Source: Flavobacteriaceae bacterium (GTDB taxonomy: Bacteria; Bacteroidota; Bacteroidia; Flavobacteriales; Flavobacteriaceae). From it: a stretch of 32,000 nt of DNA. Shown piece by piece: positions 16,374-25,156 of the stretch. Each line of letters opens with the position of its first letter. Within the stretch, counting starts at the first letter, position 1. The notes beneath the pieces were generated by a model that was not told where the DNA came from, ran no database searches, and saw only the letters and a program-made list of their open reading frames with translations. The stretch covers positions 150,001 to 182,000 of the forward strand of contig OZ245049.1 in the NCBI GenBank assembly GCA_965224465.1, in the 5' to 3' direction. The translations under genes and the position numbers were made by a program.

Positions 16374-17945
16374 TTAAAAAGGTGTGTCAATATTCAGTTC
16401 TTTACATAATGCAATCAATTCTTTATCGGTTTCTTGCATACTGGTTTCTAATGTTTTTAAGGTGTTAGAAACTTGGGCAATATCAACTGGTTCTTCCTCT
16501 TCAAAAGTGTTTACATATCTTGGGATGTTTAAGTTGTAATCGTTTTCGGCTATTTCTGTTAAAGCGGCAACATAACTGTATTTATCCTTTGCGGTTCTTT
16601 CTGTATACGTAGTAATAAGGCTTTCAATATTTTTTGTAGAAAGGGTATTCTGTGTTTTTACTTTTTCAAAATGTTTACTGCTATCAATAAACAATATATC
16701 TTCTGGGTTTTCTCTACATTTTTTAAATACTAAAATACAGGTTGGTATGCTGGTGCCATAAAACAGATTGGCAGGTAAACCAATAACGGCATCTAAATAA
16801 TTACGGTCTTCGATTAAGTATTTACGAATGTGTTGTTCTGCTCCACTTCTAAATAATGCTCCGTGAGGTAGTACAATTGCCATTGTTCCGTTTTCTGCCA
16901 AATGGTGAATCATATGTTGTACAAAGGCGTAATCGGCTTTAGACTTTGGTGCTAGTTTTCCGTATTGGCTAAAACGGTCATCACTTGTAAAAAGAGAATT
17001 TGCAGACCAATGTGCCGAAAATGGAGGATTGGCAACTATGGCTTCAAAACGTTCCTCTAAATGTTGTGGGTGTTCTAAAGTGTCTTCTTGTTTTATGTCG
17101 AATTTACGGTAATGAATATCGTGTAAAATCATATTCATTCTCGCCAAGTTGTAGGTAGTACGGTTTAGTTCTTGTCCGTAAAAATTGGTGACGCTTTCTA
17201 CTTCTTTGGCAACACGCAGTAGGAGAGAACCCGAACCACAAGTGGGGTCGTAAACCGATTTTAGTTTGGTTTTTCCTTGGGTTACCAATTTAGCCAACAC
17301 AATACTTACTTCTTGTGGTGTGTAAAATTCACCTGCTTTTTTTCCTGCTCCACTTGCAAACTGCCCGATTAAGTATTCGTAAGCATCTCCTAAAACATCA
17401 ATTTCGGTATTTTCAATTTTGAAGTCTATCTTGTCTAAATGAGAAAGTACTTTTGCAATAATTTCGTTTCTTGTTTCTGGAGATTTCCCTAATTTGGTAG
17501 AGTTCAAATCCATATCTTCAAACAGATTGTCAAAATCTTCTTCACTTTCCGTTCCCATTGTACTGAGTTGGATATTGGTCAGAATCTTTTGTAAATCTTC
17601 TAAAATGAAGTTAGAAATACCTTCTACATCAGAATTTCCTCTTTTAGCAAGTTGGCTAAACAATTCGCTAGGTTTTAAGAAGTAACCTAGTTTCTCAACT
17701 GCTTCTTCTTTTATGGCTTTAATGTATTCTTGTCCGTTTTCGGAATCTTCTTTTATGTTGGTAAAAAGGATTCCGTCTGGTTTTAGAATTGTATTGGCAT
17801 ACAAGTTCATTTTTTCAGATAGATATTTGTAGAAAATAAAACCCAAAATGTAATCTCGAAACTCGTCCGCATTCATTTTTCCTCTAAGCGTATTGGCTAT
17901 ATTCCACAGTTGTTGTTCGAGTTGTTTTTTTTGGTCTTCACTCAT
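16374..17945 (-). CDS. hsdM: Type I restriction enzyme M subunit (N6-adenine DNA methyltransferase)
   Basis: 523 aa with the AdoMet motif YDPTCGSGSLLL and the catalytic motif IVANPPFS. Confidence 0.95.
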   Translation of the reverse strand: MSEDQKKQLEQQLWNIANTLRGKMNADEFRDYILGFIFYKYLSEKMNLYANTILKPDGILFTNIKEDSENGQEYIKAIKEEAVEKLGYFLKPSELFSQLAKRGNSDVEGISNFILEDLQKILTNIQLSTMGTESEEDFDNLFEDMDLNSTKLGKSPETRNEIIAKVLSHLDKIDFKIENTEIDVLGDAYEYLIGQFASGAGKKAGEFYTPQEVSIVLAKLVTQGKTKLKSVYDPTCGSGSLLLRVAKEVESVTNFYGQELNRTTYNLARMNMILHDIHYRKFDIKQEDTLEHPQHLEERFEAIVANPPFSAHWSANSLFTSDDRFSQYGKLAPKSKADYAFVQHMIHHLAENGTMAIVLPHGALFRSGAEQHIRKYLIEDRNYLDAVIGLPANLFYGTSIPTCILVFKKCRENPEDILFIDSSKHFEKVKTQNTLSTKNIESLITTYTERTAKDKYSYVAALTEIAENDYNLNIPRYVNTFEEEEPVDIAQVSNTLKTLETSMQETDKELIALCKELNIDTPF

Positions 17946-18105
17946 TTATTTTAGTCTATTTTTTTAAGTTCACAAAGTACATATTTTTTGGCTAACGGAA
18001 TGTAGAGCGTTGGCAAGAAATTACTCTTTTGATTTTTTGTGTTTTGGCTTTGAGCGTTGGCAAAAACCAAATGTGCAATTTGTGTGGTTGGCTTTTTTTT
18101 AGCTT

Positions 18106-18306
18106 GCACCTAACACTCATATATCATCAATAAACTTCCAAAACTTGACGTTATTTCCGTTATATCTATAATAGTTTCGGGGTATGTGTTGTTTTTTTGT
18201 TAAATATACTCAAAATTTTTTAAATTTTCAAGGGGTCCAACCATTTTTTATTGTTATTTCGATGGTCTTGATGTACATCTCTGAGGTTTTTGGAAAAGCA
18301 TAGCTT
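18106..18306 (+). repeat. R2 copy 1 (~200-bp conserved non-coding module, proximal variant A)
   Basis: Aligns by eye with 19849-20045, 21505-21711 and 28200-28389. It lies 160 nt upstream of the hsdM start on the minus strand. Confidence 0.9.
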
Positions 18307-18309
18307 AAC

Positions 18310-18732
18310 ACCAATTACAATCCAAAATGACAGATATAAATTGTTTGTTCTATGTTCTAGCGTTGTTGAAAAACAGAACGACTGTAAGATATAGAAACTC
18401 ATAACAGTCTATCTGTTTAGTGGAAGTGGTCCACCTGCTTATTGGTTACAACGAATAAAAGCAGGTGCTAATAATCGAACCCACGTAATGGGAAATGCAT
18501 GTCAAAATACTGCTGACCAATGCTTATCCGTATCGAAAAACGGTAGAAACCAATTCCTATGAAAGAGCTTGAGAGCAAATGACCTAAAAACAGGTGATAT
18601 CTATAAAGATCTTTGTTGATAGCCTCTTAATTAATTGCACGCAATCTCTATAGTATTATCTTTTGAGCCGGTATAGTCAACAGGATGTTCATGTTGGGCG
18701 CTAGGTAGGTACCGCACGAACACTTAGTTATT
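18310..18732 (+). repeat. R1 copy B (includes the 64-bp core at 18316-18379)
   Basis: Full-length match to 5676-6100. It is directly preceded by R2 copy 1. Confidence 0.9.
18327..18404 (+). CDS. Tiny ORF, island-type copy (25 aa, MTDINCLFYVLALLKNRTTVRYRNS)
   Basis: Same N-terminal 18-20 codons as the ORFs at 5693 and 28412; the tail differs. Confidence 0.3.
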   Translation: MTDINCLFYVLALLKNRTTVRYRNS

Positions 18733-18856
18733 AGTGCTGTTTTTATCGTTTTCAAAGTTTAAGAAAACACAATTCTTAAAAACTATATTCGGATTTAATC
18801 CATTTTCAATATTGAAAAAATTACTAACTATTTAAATAATTGAAAGAACAAAAGTT

Positions 18857-19762
18857 TTAAAAAGAATTAGAATTTTCTTTAGAAACATTTTGATGAAAGT
18901 CCTTCAATAATTGACAAACTAGTGTTTGGTTTTTTTCTTTAAACCTTCTTATCCAAAATGAATAAACAAAAAATATTCTATGACTTAATTTACTTCCTTG
19001 GTCATTTTTAGATGAGTAATTTTCATCTGACAAAATATCTTTAACCTTTTCGCTAGCAAAGTCACTAATCGTATTGTCTATTTCTTCATATACATCCCAA
19101 TAGTTATCTGAATCTATATCTTGCGAATACATTTTATTAGTTAAATCGTTTTTATATCTTATATGTTCATTATTTTCTACTTCAGTATAAGCAATTATTA
19201 AGGCTTTTACTATTGATGATACACCTGAGTCTTCATATAAAGTGTTGTTTTTAAATAATAAATACAATACTTGTTTTTCTCTGGGAGTAATTAGTTTTTT
19301 TAAGTTCTCTGGACTCCTGTCTACACTGTTCCAGATATAATTAACAACAGAAAATTTATCTAGGATAGCATCTAATTTTCCAAGATTTTTTTTATTGATA
19401 AATTGTCCACTGCTCCATAAACTTGTCATTATATTTATATTCTCAAGATCAAGAGATTTAAAAGAAACTTTTATAAAGTTTTCAGTATTTATAATTGGAG
19501 TAGATTCATCAATAAAACTAATTAGAGTCTCTGCATTAATTTGACTTTCTAAAGTTGAAATTTCCGTTTTGTTATTTTTAATTTTATCGTTTGAATTGTC
19601 TAAATCTCCAGATAAAACATTAATAATAGAATCTTTAGCTGTTAATTGTCTTTGTAAATTATTAATTTGAAGTTGTTGTTCTTCAGTTTTATTATTACAA
19701 GAATATAAAAGAAATAAAGAAACTATTAAAAATGGTATTGGGGTGCGTTTTTTGAAATTCAT
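18857..19762 (-). CDS. Hypothetical lipoprotein
   Basis: 301 aa. The N-terminus has a signal peptide plus lipobox-like sequence (FLIVSLFLLYSC). I recognise no domain. Confidence 0.65.
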   Translation of the reverse strand: MNFKKRTPIPFLIVSLFLLYSCNNKTEEQQLQINNLQRQLTAKDSIINVLSGDLDNSNDKIKNNKTEISTLESQINAETLISFIDESTPIINTENFIKVSFKSLDLENINIMTSLWSSGQFINKKNLGKLDAILDKFSVVNYIWNSVDRSPENLKKLITPREKQVLYLLFKNNTLYEDSGVSSIVKALIIAYTEVENNEHIRYKNDLTNKMYSQDIDSDNYWDVYEEIDNTISDFASEKVKDILSDENYSSKNDQGSKLSHRIFFVYSFWIRRFKEKNQTLVCQLLKDFHQNVSKENSNSF

Positions 19763-19848
19763 ATTTTGGTAACGGATTATATTTTTTTATGCAAGAATAA
19801 ATCTCCTATGTTTTAAATTTATAATTTTTCGTTAATCACATTGTTTAC

Positions 19849-20045
19849 AACACCCGTATATCGACTATAGAACTCTTAGAGTAGTTGTTATTTCTAACAT
19901 AGCTAGAGTAGAATGAGTGATTATTTGTTTTTTTTGTTAAAAGTATTCAAATTTTTTAAATTTTAAAGCGGTCCAACGATTTTTTTATTGTTTATTTCGA
20001 TGGTCTTCGTGTAAATCTCTGTGGGTTTTGGAGAAGCATGGCTTA
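19849..20045 (+). repeat. R2 copy 2 (proximal variant B)
   Basis: Starts AACACCCGTATATC, 86 nt upstream of the lipoprotein start codon. Its distal ~110 bp are identical to R2 copy 3. Confidence 0.9.
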
Positions 20046-20059
20046 GATAAGAAAAAAAT

Positions 20060-20290
20060 CAATTTTAAAGACTACCAAACACAAATCTAGACTTGTACGC
20101 AAAGGATACAAACAGTTGATAGAAACCAATAATAATACGCAAACTTCAATTTTTTGAACCGCCGTATAGGTTCATGAGAATTAGAAGTGTTTTTATACTT
20201 ATAATTAGAAATGACCGAGCGAAGCTCTCGAATGTACGGTGGTGTGAGAGGCGCAGTGGCAACTATTCAGTTGTCACCCGTCTACTTGAT
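20060..20290 (+). mobile_element. 5'-truncated group II intron fragment (end of the RT ORF, then domains V-VI)
   Basis: Matches 10433-10663 of the full-length intron, including GACCGAGCGAAGCTCTCGAATGTACGGT and the domain VI hairpin GTGGCAACTATTCAGTTGTCAC. It ends ..CTACTTGAT. Confidence 0.9.
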
Positions 20291-20838
20291 TAGGCATCTG
20301 GCTTTTTATTTATTTCTTTTTTCAAACTTGTCATTGTCTGTTTTGGAGATTTTTCAATATATCTATTTGCTTTTTCTTTGATTTCAGCGTCTAAAGATTT
20401 TAAATATCTGATAGCATTCTCAATAGAAAAATCGATTCCTTGCTTTTCTTTGAAGTTACTGGGTAAGTCTGTCCATAATACAGCTGAGATATTATTCTCA
20501 TTAGCCCATTGTTCAATGCTTTCTATTAATACATCTGAAAGGTGTGAATTCTTTTCTTTATCTTTCAAATTAATAAATCCAATTCTCTTATTTATTGTTC
20601 CTTCTCGTTGTCTTAAATTCTCTATAGATTTTTCAATATCTGAGCCATCTGAAATCGCCCAATATGTTTCAATTAATGTTCCATGTTTTTCATCAATTAC
20701 TAATGTTAGTCGACCATCCTTTGATATGCGAGAGAATTCGATAGGAAGTTTAACTCCACCTTTATTCCAATCTGAAGCTATTTTTAATTCCCTTTTGTCC
20801 CAAATTAGACTACCCCAAGCTAAAATTGTAATTTTCAT
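20290..20838 (-). CDS. ChaC / gamma-glutamylcyclotransferase-like fold protein (putative)
   Basis: 182 aa. The N-terminal ILAWGSLIWD resembles the (Y/W)GSL(M/I)W motif of ChaC/GGCT. GRLTLVIDEKHGTLIETYWA and LRQREG resemble the ChaC core and its catalytic Glu region. This is from memory only. Confidence 0.5.
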   Translation of the reverse strand: MKITILAWGSLIWDKRELKIASDWNKGGVKLPIEFSRISKDGRLTLVIDEKHGTLIETYWAISDGSDIEKSIENLRQREGTINKRIGFINLKDKEKNSHLSDVLIESIEQWANENNISAVLWTDLPSNFKEKQGIDFSIENAIRYLKSLDAEIKEKANRYIEKSPKQTMTSLKKEINKKPDA

Positions 20839-20841
20839 ATT

Positions 20842-21486
20842 TCAATAGTTTATGTGAAGTCCAGCTATATTATTGAATTTACGAATAAAGGCTTCTTGTA
20901 AATCCTTAAGTAAAACTAATTCTTTGTTGTAGCATTCCAAATATTCTTTTATTCGGCTCTCAAGTATATTCCTATCTATTACATTATATGCATTTTTATA
21001 TTCATAAAATTCCGAATTATTATCTACTCTTATTATCCAATTTAATTTCGTAGAAGCTTCGTGTAATAATCCGCATCTTACATTTTCATAAAAACCTACT
21101 GCTAATCCATTTGTACTTGTGAATACTGTATTAAAAGGTTTTCTATTTTCGAAAAAAGAGATAAATTTATCTTTGCTTCTATTATATTCATATTGTTGCA
21201 ATTGATTATCTCTACAATATCTATAAATTCCTCCTGTATAAGTTGATTCCAAAAACTCAATCAATGAACAAAGAATTGCTGTGATTGAAAAACCCTCTCC
21301 ATTCAATTTATCATTATCCTTAATGTCTTTAATTGCTTTAAAATATCTCGTTTGTAACCTCTCATCAAAGAATTCATATGCCTCATTCCAAAGACTAGTA
21401 TCATTAGGTTTGGCTCGTAATTTATTTCTTAGGTTTTTCCAATCCAATACTGTTTTATATCCTGCTATTTGTATTGAATCATTCAT
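20842..21486 (-). CDS. Hypothetical protein with no recognisable domain; first gene of a two-gene operon
   Basis: 214-aa ORF. Its stop lies 3 nt from the start codon of the downstream ChaC-like gene. R2 copy 3 begins 18 nt upstream of its ATG. Confidence 0.6.
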   Translation of the reverse strand: MNDSIQIAGYKTVLDWKNLRNKLRAKPNDTSLWNEAYEFFDERLQTRYFKAIKDIKDNDKLNGEGFSITAILCSLIEFLESTYTGGIYRYCRDNQLQQYEYNRSKDKFISFFENRKPFNTVFTSTNGLAVGFYENVRCGLLHEASTKLNWIIRVDNNSEFYEYKNAYNVIDRNILESRIKEYLECYNKELVLLKDLQEAFIRKFNNIAGLHINY

Positions 21487-21504
21487 CTTTTTCTGCTTGT
21501 GCCT

Positions 21505-21711
21505 AACACCCGTATATCATCAATAAACTTCCAAAACTTGACGTTATTTCCGTTATATCTATAATAGTTTCGGGGTATGTGTTGTTTTTTTGTTAAAAGT
21601 ATTCAAATTTTTTAAATTTTAAAGCGGTCCAACGATTTTTTTATTGTTTATTTCGATGGTCTTCGTGTAAATCTCTGTGGGTTTTGGAGAAGCATGGCTT
21701 AGATAAGAAAA
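21505..21711 (+). repeat. R2 copy 3 (proximal variant A)
   Basis: Its proximal part is near-identical to R2 copy 1 and its distal part is identical to R2 copy 2. Confidence 0.9.
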
Positions 21712-21725
21712 AAATCAATTTTAAA

Positions 21726-21945
21726 GACTACCAAACACAAATGTAGACTTGTACGAAAAGGATACAAACGGTTGATAGAAACCAATAATAATACGCAAAC
21801 TTCAATTTTTTGAACCGCCGTATAGGTTCATGAGAATTAGAAGTGTTTTTATACTTATAATTAGAAATGACCGAGCGTAGCTCTCGAATGTACGGTGGTG
21901 TGAGAGGCGTACTCTGGCTAAGATAGTTGGAGCCGTCTATTCGAT
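21726..21945 (+). mobile_element. 5'-truncated group II intron fragment with a divergent distal domain VI
   Basis: It has the same 5' junction as the 20060 copy (GATAAGAAAAAAATCAATTTTAAAGAC). Domain V is conserved. The distal stem of domain VI is replaced (TACTCTGGCTAAGATAGTTGGAG) while the base of the stem and the bulged A are kept. Confidence 0.85.
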
Positions 21946-21973
21946 TATGTCCTTTTTTTATTTTTCACGTTGA

Positions 21974-22816
21974 TTAAATACATAATTTTATCAGTTTACA
22001 ATCCATTAATTTTGCTGGATTGTTAGGGTCTTTTATCTGCTTATTTTCAATACTAAAACCACTTTCTTTTATTCCTTCAAGTTTAGTTCTACTTTCTTTA
22101 GGAAAACTATTGTATTTATCTGTTGGAATTATACCAACCAATTCAAATTCTTTGTCGGTTGGTTTGTGTAAGTAATTGAATACTTTTCTAGGGTTTTCAA
22201 TTTGCCACATTTCCCTAATTCTCAAGTTTGTTATTCCTAAAGGGTCAACTTGATTAACTCTTCCTAATTCTTTAGTATTTGCGAAAACAACATCTGGAAT
22301 AGTTTCTATGCCGTCTGAAATAGTCGTTTTTATTCTTTGGTATGTTTCGTGTTTGGCTGCGTACGAACTACCATAAACCATCCATAATGATTTCAGACTC
22401 GTATCTGTAGTGTGTCCAACACAGTAAATTAAATCTTTAACTGTCCAATCTTCACATTCCTTGCATTCTTTCGTAATCATAGGACTTGTATGTCTCAAAT
22501 CAGTTTTTGGATAACTGCTATTTAAAGCCAAACTTGAATTTGCACTTTGAGTTTTCTTAACTTCAATAGCATCTCCTCCTTTTATCATAATATCAGGTGG
22601 ATTATTTTGGGAACCTAACCAAGAAAATTCTTGATTATAAGTCTGCATTTTTTTTGTTTCGTTTGTTAATCCCAATGTTCCAGCAAACGCATCCTTGATA
22701 TAATTTTCAAGTGAGTCTCCCATTCCATTTGCTCGATTCCTGCCCGAATACATTACACGTATTTCAAAATTCTTTTGATTTACGATATTATAAATTGCTT
22801 CTAAAATATTTGTCAT
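21974..22816 (-). CDS. Type II restriction endonuclease, NgoPII-like (predicted GGCC)
   Basis: 280 aa. Its start overlaps the stop of the upstream HaeIII-like methyltransferase gene by 4 nt (ATGA). [22 protein letters not shown] matches my recollection of the NgoPII family. Confidence 0.65.
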   Translation of the reverse strand: MTNILEAIYNIVNQKNFEIRVMYSGRNRANGMGDSLENYIKDAFAGTLGLTNETKKMQTYNQEFSWLGSQNNPPDIMIKGGDAIEVKKTQSANSSLALNSSYPKTDLRHTSPMITKECKECEDWTVKDLIYCVGHTTDTSLKSLWMVYGSSYAAKHETYQRIKTTISDGIETIPDVVFANTKELGRVNQVDPLGITNLRIREMWQIENPRKVFNYLHKPTDKEFELVGIIPTDKYNSFPKESRTKLEGIKESGFSIENKQIKDPNNPAKLMDCKLIKLCI

Positions 22817-24198
22817 AGGGCAACTGCTTCTTTAGTTTTTTGAGTTTGTTTTGCTTTTTTCGTTGTGATTTCGTTTGCCTTTATTTGTTGCATTATACTA
22901 TTTGCAAGAAATTTAGCCAAATTAACAGGAACTGCATTTCCAATCATTTTGTAACCTGCTGCAATTTTTTTGTAATGAAAAATAAAGTCATTAGGAAATG
23001 TTTGAATTCTTGCACATTCTCGAACACTTAAGCGTCTATATAAATGTTCTTTTCCGGGAACGAAAACACGAACATTTTTTTCAATAAATTTCATTTTTGG
23101 TGCTTGTGGATGAATAGGAGCGTGTCGTCCACCTGCTTGGATAGTATAAGATTGTTCATCCCAATCTCTAACACGGTTTCTTGACATAAACATTGAAGAA
23201 AAACTTCCAATCATATATTCGTGATTAGGAAGAATACAATTTTCGCCATTTGTATTATTATACTCTAAAGCAGGTAAAACACCTTCTTTTAAATCCGAAA
23301 TAGCTGTTTCAAGAGTAACTTTTGGAAATGTTTCAGTTGGAAATTGGTACTTAAAATTTAAGTCTTTTCTAATTCCAATAAAAAATATTCTTTTTCGGTC
23401 TTGAGGTACATTGTAATCAGATGCGTTAAGCATTTGAAAAGAAAGTTCGTAACCAACTCCTGCATTTCTGAAAAGTTCTTTTATTCCTTCAAGAGCTTCT
23501 GTATGTTTTGAAATTAGCATTCCACTCACATTTTCGGCTAAAAAGAATTTTGGTTGTTTAGCTTCTAAAATTCGTATAAAATCATAAAACAATTGACCTC
23601 TTTTGTCTTTAATTCCTCTTGCAGAACCAGCTTCACTCCAACTTTGACAAGGAGGACCTCCAATTATTCCGTCACATTCAGGAACTTCATCTGCAGGGAT
23701 ATTTACAAGACTTCTTTTGTCAAGAATTGTATTAGGGTGATTTTTTTCATAAGTTTCCCAAATTTCTTTGTCATATTCATTTGCCCAAACAACATTGAAT
23801 CCTGCTTTTTGGAAACCTAAATCAAGTCCGCCTGCCCCTGCGAAAAAAGATGCAATTTTCATATTTAATTGTGTTTGAAGTGATTTATTAAGTATTCTAC
23901 GATATTCTGCTTTTTCTTCTGCAACTTGTAAAAGTTGTTTTGTACAGTTCGTTTCATAAATTTGTTTTCCGATTTGATCAGTAACATATTCATTCTGTAA
24001 TTCTTTAAGATTGAGTTTGAAAATTTCCGCAAGTTTAGGTAAGCGTTTTTTATCAAAATCTCGTTTCCCATTCTCGATTTTACTCAAATTTGCAGAATCT
24101 AAACTTAGTTTAGCTGCAAGTTGAGTCAAAGTCAATTTGTTTTTTGTTCGTAAAAGTCGGATGTATTCTCCAAATGTGGTATTCATAAGACTTGTCAT
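22813..24198 (-). CDS. DNA (cytosine-5) methyltransferase, HaeIII/NgoPII-like, with an N-terminal XRE-type HTH domain
   Basis: C5-MTase motifs are present: [12 protein letters not shown] (I), GGPPCQSWS (IV), LAENV (VI), [10 protein letters not shown] (VIII) and GNAVPV (X). Long stretches resemble M.HaeIII as recalled. The first ~70 aa ([25 protein letters not shown]) form an HTH. Confidence 0.9.
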   Translation of the reverse strand: MTSLMNTTFGEYIRLLRTKNKLTLTQLAAKLSLDSANLSKIENGKRDFDKKRLPKLAEIFKLNLKELQNEYVTDQIGKQIYETNCTKQLLQVAEEKAEYRRILNKSLQTQLNMKIASFFAGAGGLDLGFQKAGFNVVWANEYDKEIWETYEKNHPNTILDKRSLVNIPADEVPECDGIIGGPPCQSWSEAGSARGIKDKRGQLFYDFIRILEAKQPKFFLAENVSGMLISKHTEALEGIKELFRNAGVGYELSFQMLNASDYNVPQDRKRIFFIGIRKDLNFKYQFPTETFPKVTLETAISDLKEGVLPALEYNNTNGENCILPNHEYMIGSFSSMFMSRNRVRDWDEQSYTIQAGGRHAPIHPQAPKMKFIEKNVRVFVPGKEHLYRRLSVRECARIQTFPNDFIFHYKKIAAGYKMIGNAVPVNLAKFLANSIMQQIKANEITTKKAKQTQKTKEAVAL

Positions 24199-24388
24199 TT
24201 TTTGACAAATTTACAAAATTTATTGGATTATTTTAATTTAGTAGTGATTTTTTTTAATTGGGCATGACGTTGTTGTGTATTATTAGTTGCGTGTTTCAAG
24301 TACTAAAGTTAGTAAATAAATCACAGATAGAAATTCCACAAGGACTTTCGTAAATTGGCTAAAACCAACAATTAATTATACACGGTGT

Positions 24389-24812
24389 GTGTGCCCAGCA
24401 TGGGCGTCTTTTAACTATGGAAAGGTAGTTAATTATTCTAGAGGGTGCAGTCCCTTATGTACAGGAGTAACGTTCTGAACTGCGTAGCTCTCAGGAACAC
24501 CTCTAAAAAAATAAAAGGGAGTGAATAACTGCGAAGCTATCATGAACACCTCTAAAAAAATAAAAGGGAGTGAATAAAATCCAATTTTAAAGACTACCAT
24601 TACCAAATCTAGACTTGTACGAAAAGGGTATAAACCTTTGATAGATTACATTAATAATACACAAACTTCAATTTTTTGAACCGCCGTATAGGTTCATGAG
24701 AATTAGAAGTGTTTTTATACTTATAATTAGAAATGACCGAGCGTAGCTCTCGTACGTACGGTGGTGTGAGAGGCGCAGTGGCAACTATTCAGTTGTCACC
24801 CGTCTACTCGAT
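24389..24812 (+). mobile_element. ORF-less mini group II intron (internal deletion derivative, ~424 nt)
   Basis: Its first ~90 nt match the 5' end of the full-length intron. Two tandem 49-nt units follow that match 8842-8890. The last ~232 nt match the 3' end of the full-length intron (domains V and VI intact). Confidence 0.85.
24480..24577 (+). repeat. Tandem duplication (2 x 49 nt) inside the mini intron
   Basis: CTGCGTAGCTCTCAGGAACACCTCTAAAAAAATAAAAGGGAGTGAATAA is followed by CTGCGAAGCTATCATGAACACCTCTAAAAAAATAAAAGGGAGTGAATAA. Confidence 0.9.
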
Positions 24813-24824
24813 TATATGCAGGGC

Positions 24825-25147
24825 TTACGCACTTTTTAATTCCTCTAAGAGCCAATTCAGTTTTTGTCTAGCCACACTTATCAAATCAACATAAGTGCGA
24901 TAGAGGACATCTCCACGTTCGTTATGTGAACTGATTATTCCTTTAACTTTACCTCCCAAAAGTATAATTTCTATTTTCTGACTATGAAAATATACATTTA
25001 ATTCATCACGGTATTTCAATGCTTGTGCTTCTGTATCTCTATTTAAAGTAAAACTTGGTCTTTTAAACTCTATTAAAATTAAAGACCTTGTAATATTTCT
25101 ACCAAAGAGAATGTCCGGTCTATCATCAGGTTTATCTCCTTTATAAG
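24825..25147 (-). pseudogene. C-terminal fragment of the IS-disrupted GHKL-ATPase/DUF4263 gene (PD-(D/E)xK nuclease core)
   Basis: Reading on from 26729 after removing the IS and one TSD copy gives ..EKVIKKTYKGDKPDDRPDILFGRNITRSLILIEFKRPSFTL..ELKSA*. The D..ExK pattern resembles DUF4263. Confidence 0.8.
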
Positions 25148-25156
25148 TTTTCTTAA

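Noticed and set aside
18255-18302. 15-codon ORF on the minus strand of R2 (ML(L/F)Q(N/K)PQR(F/C)T(R/S)RPSK) as a possible leader peptide
   Set aside because: Differences between copies are mostly non-synonymous, and copy 4 has a 1-nt deletion that changes the frame. There is no support for coding.
20378-20848. 156-aa plus-strand ORF
   Set aside because: It is a shadow ORF antisense to the ChaC-like gene. It has no motifs and its composition is low-complexity.
18106-21520. Integron-like attC sites at the cassette boundaries
   Set aside because: Two R2 copies begin with an RYYYAAC-like heptamer (GCCTAAC, ACCTAAC) but the other two do not. I found no paired GTTRRRY site and no attC-like imperfect palindrome. 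No intI gene is present. Only the antisense placement of the introns is reminiscent of integrons.
24480-24577. Possible CRISPR-like or regulatory direct repeats
   Set aside because: There are only two adjacent 49-nt units with no spacer, and both are homologous to an internal intron segment. This is a tandem duplication, not an array.
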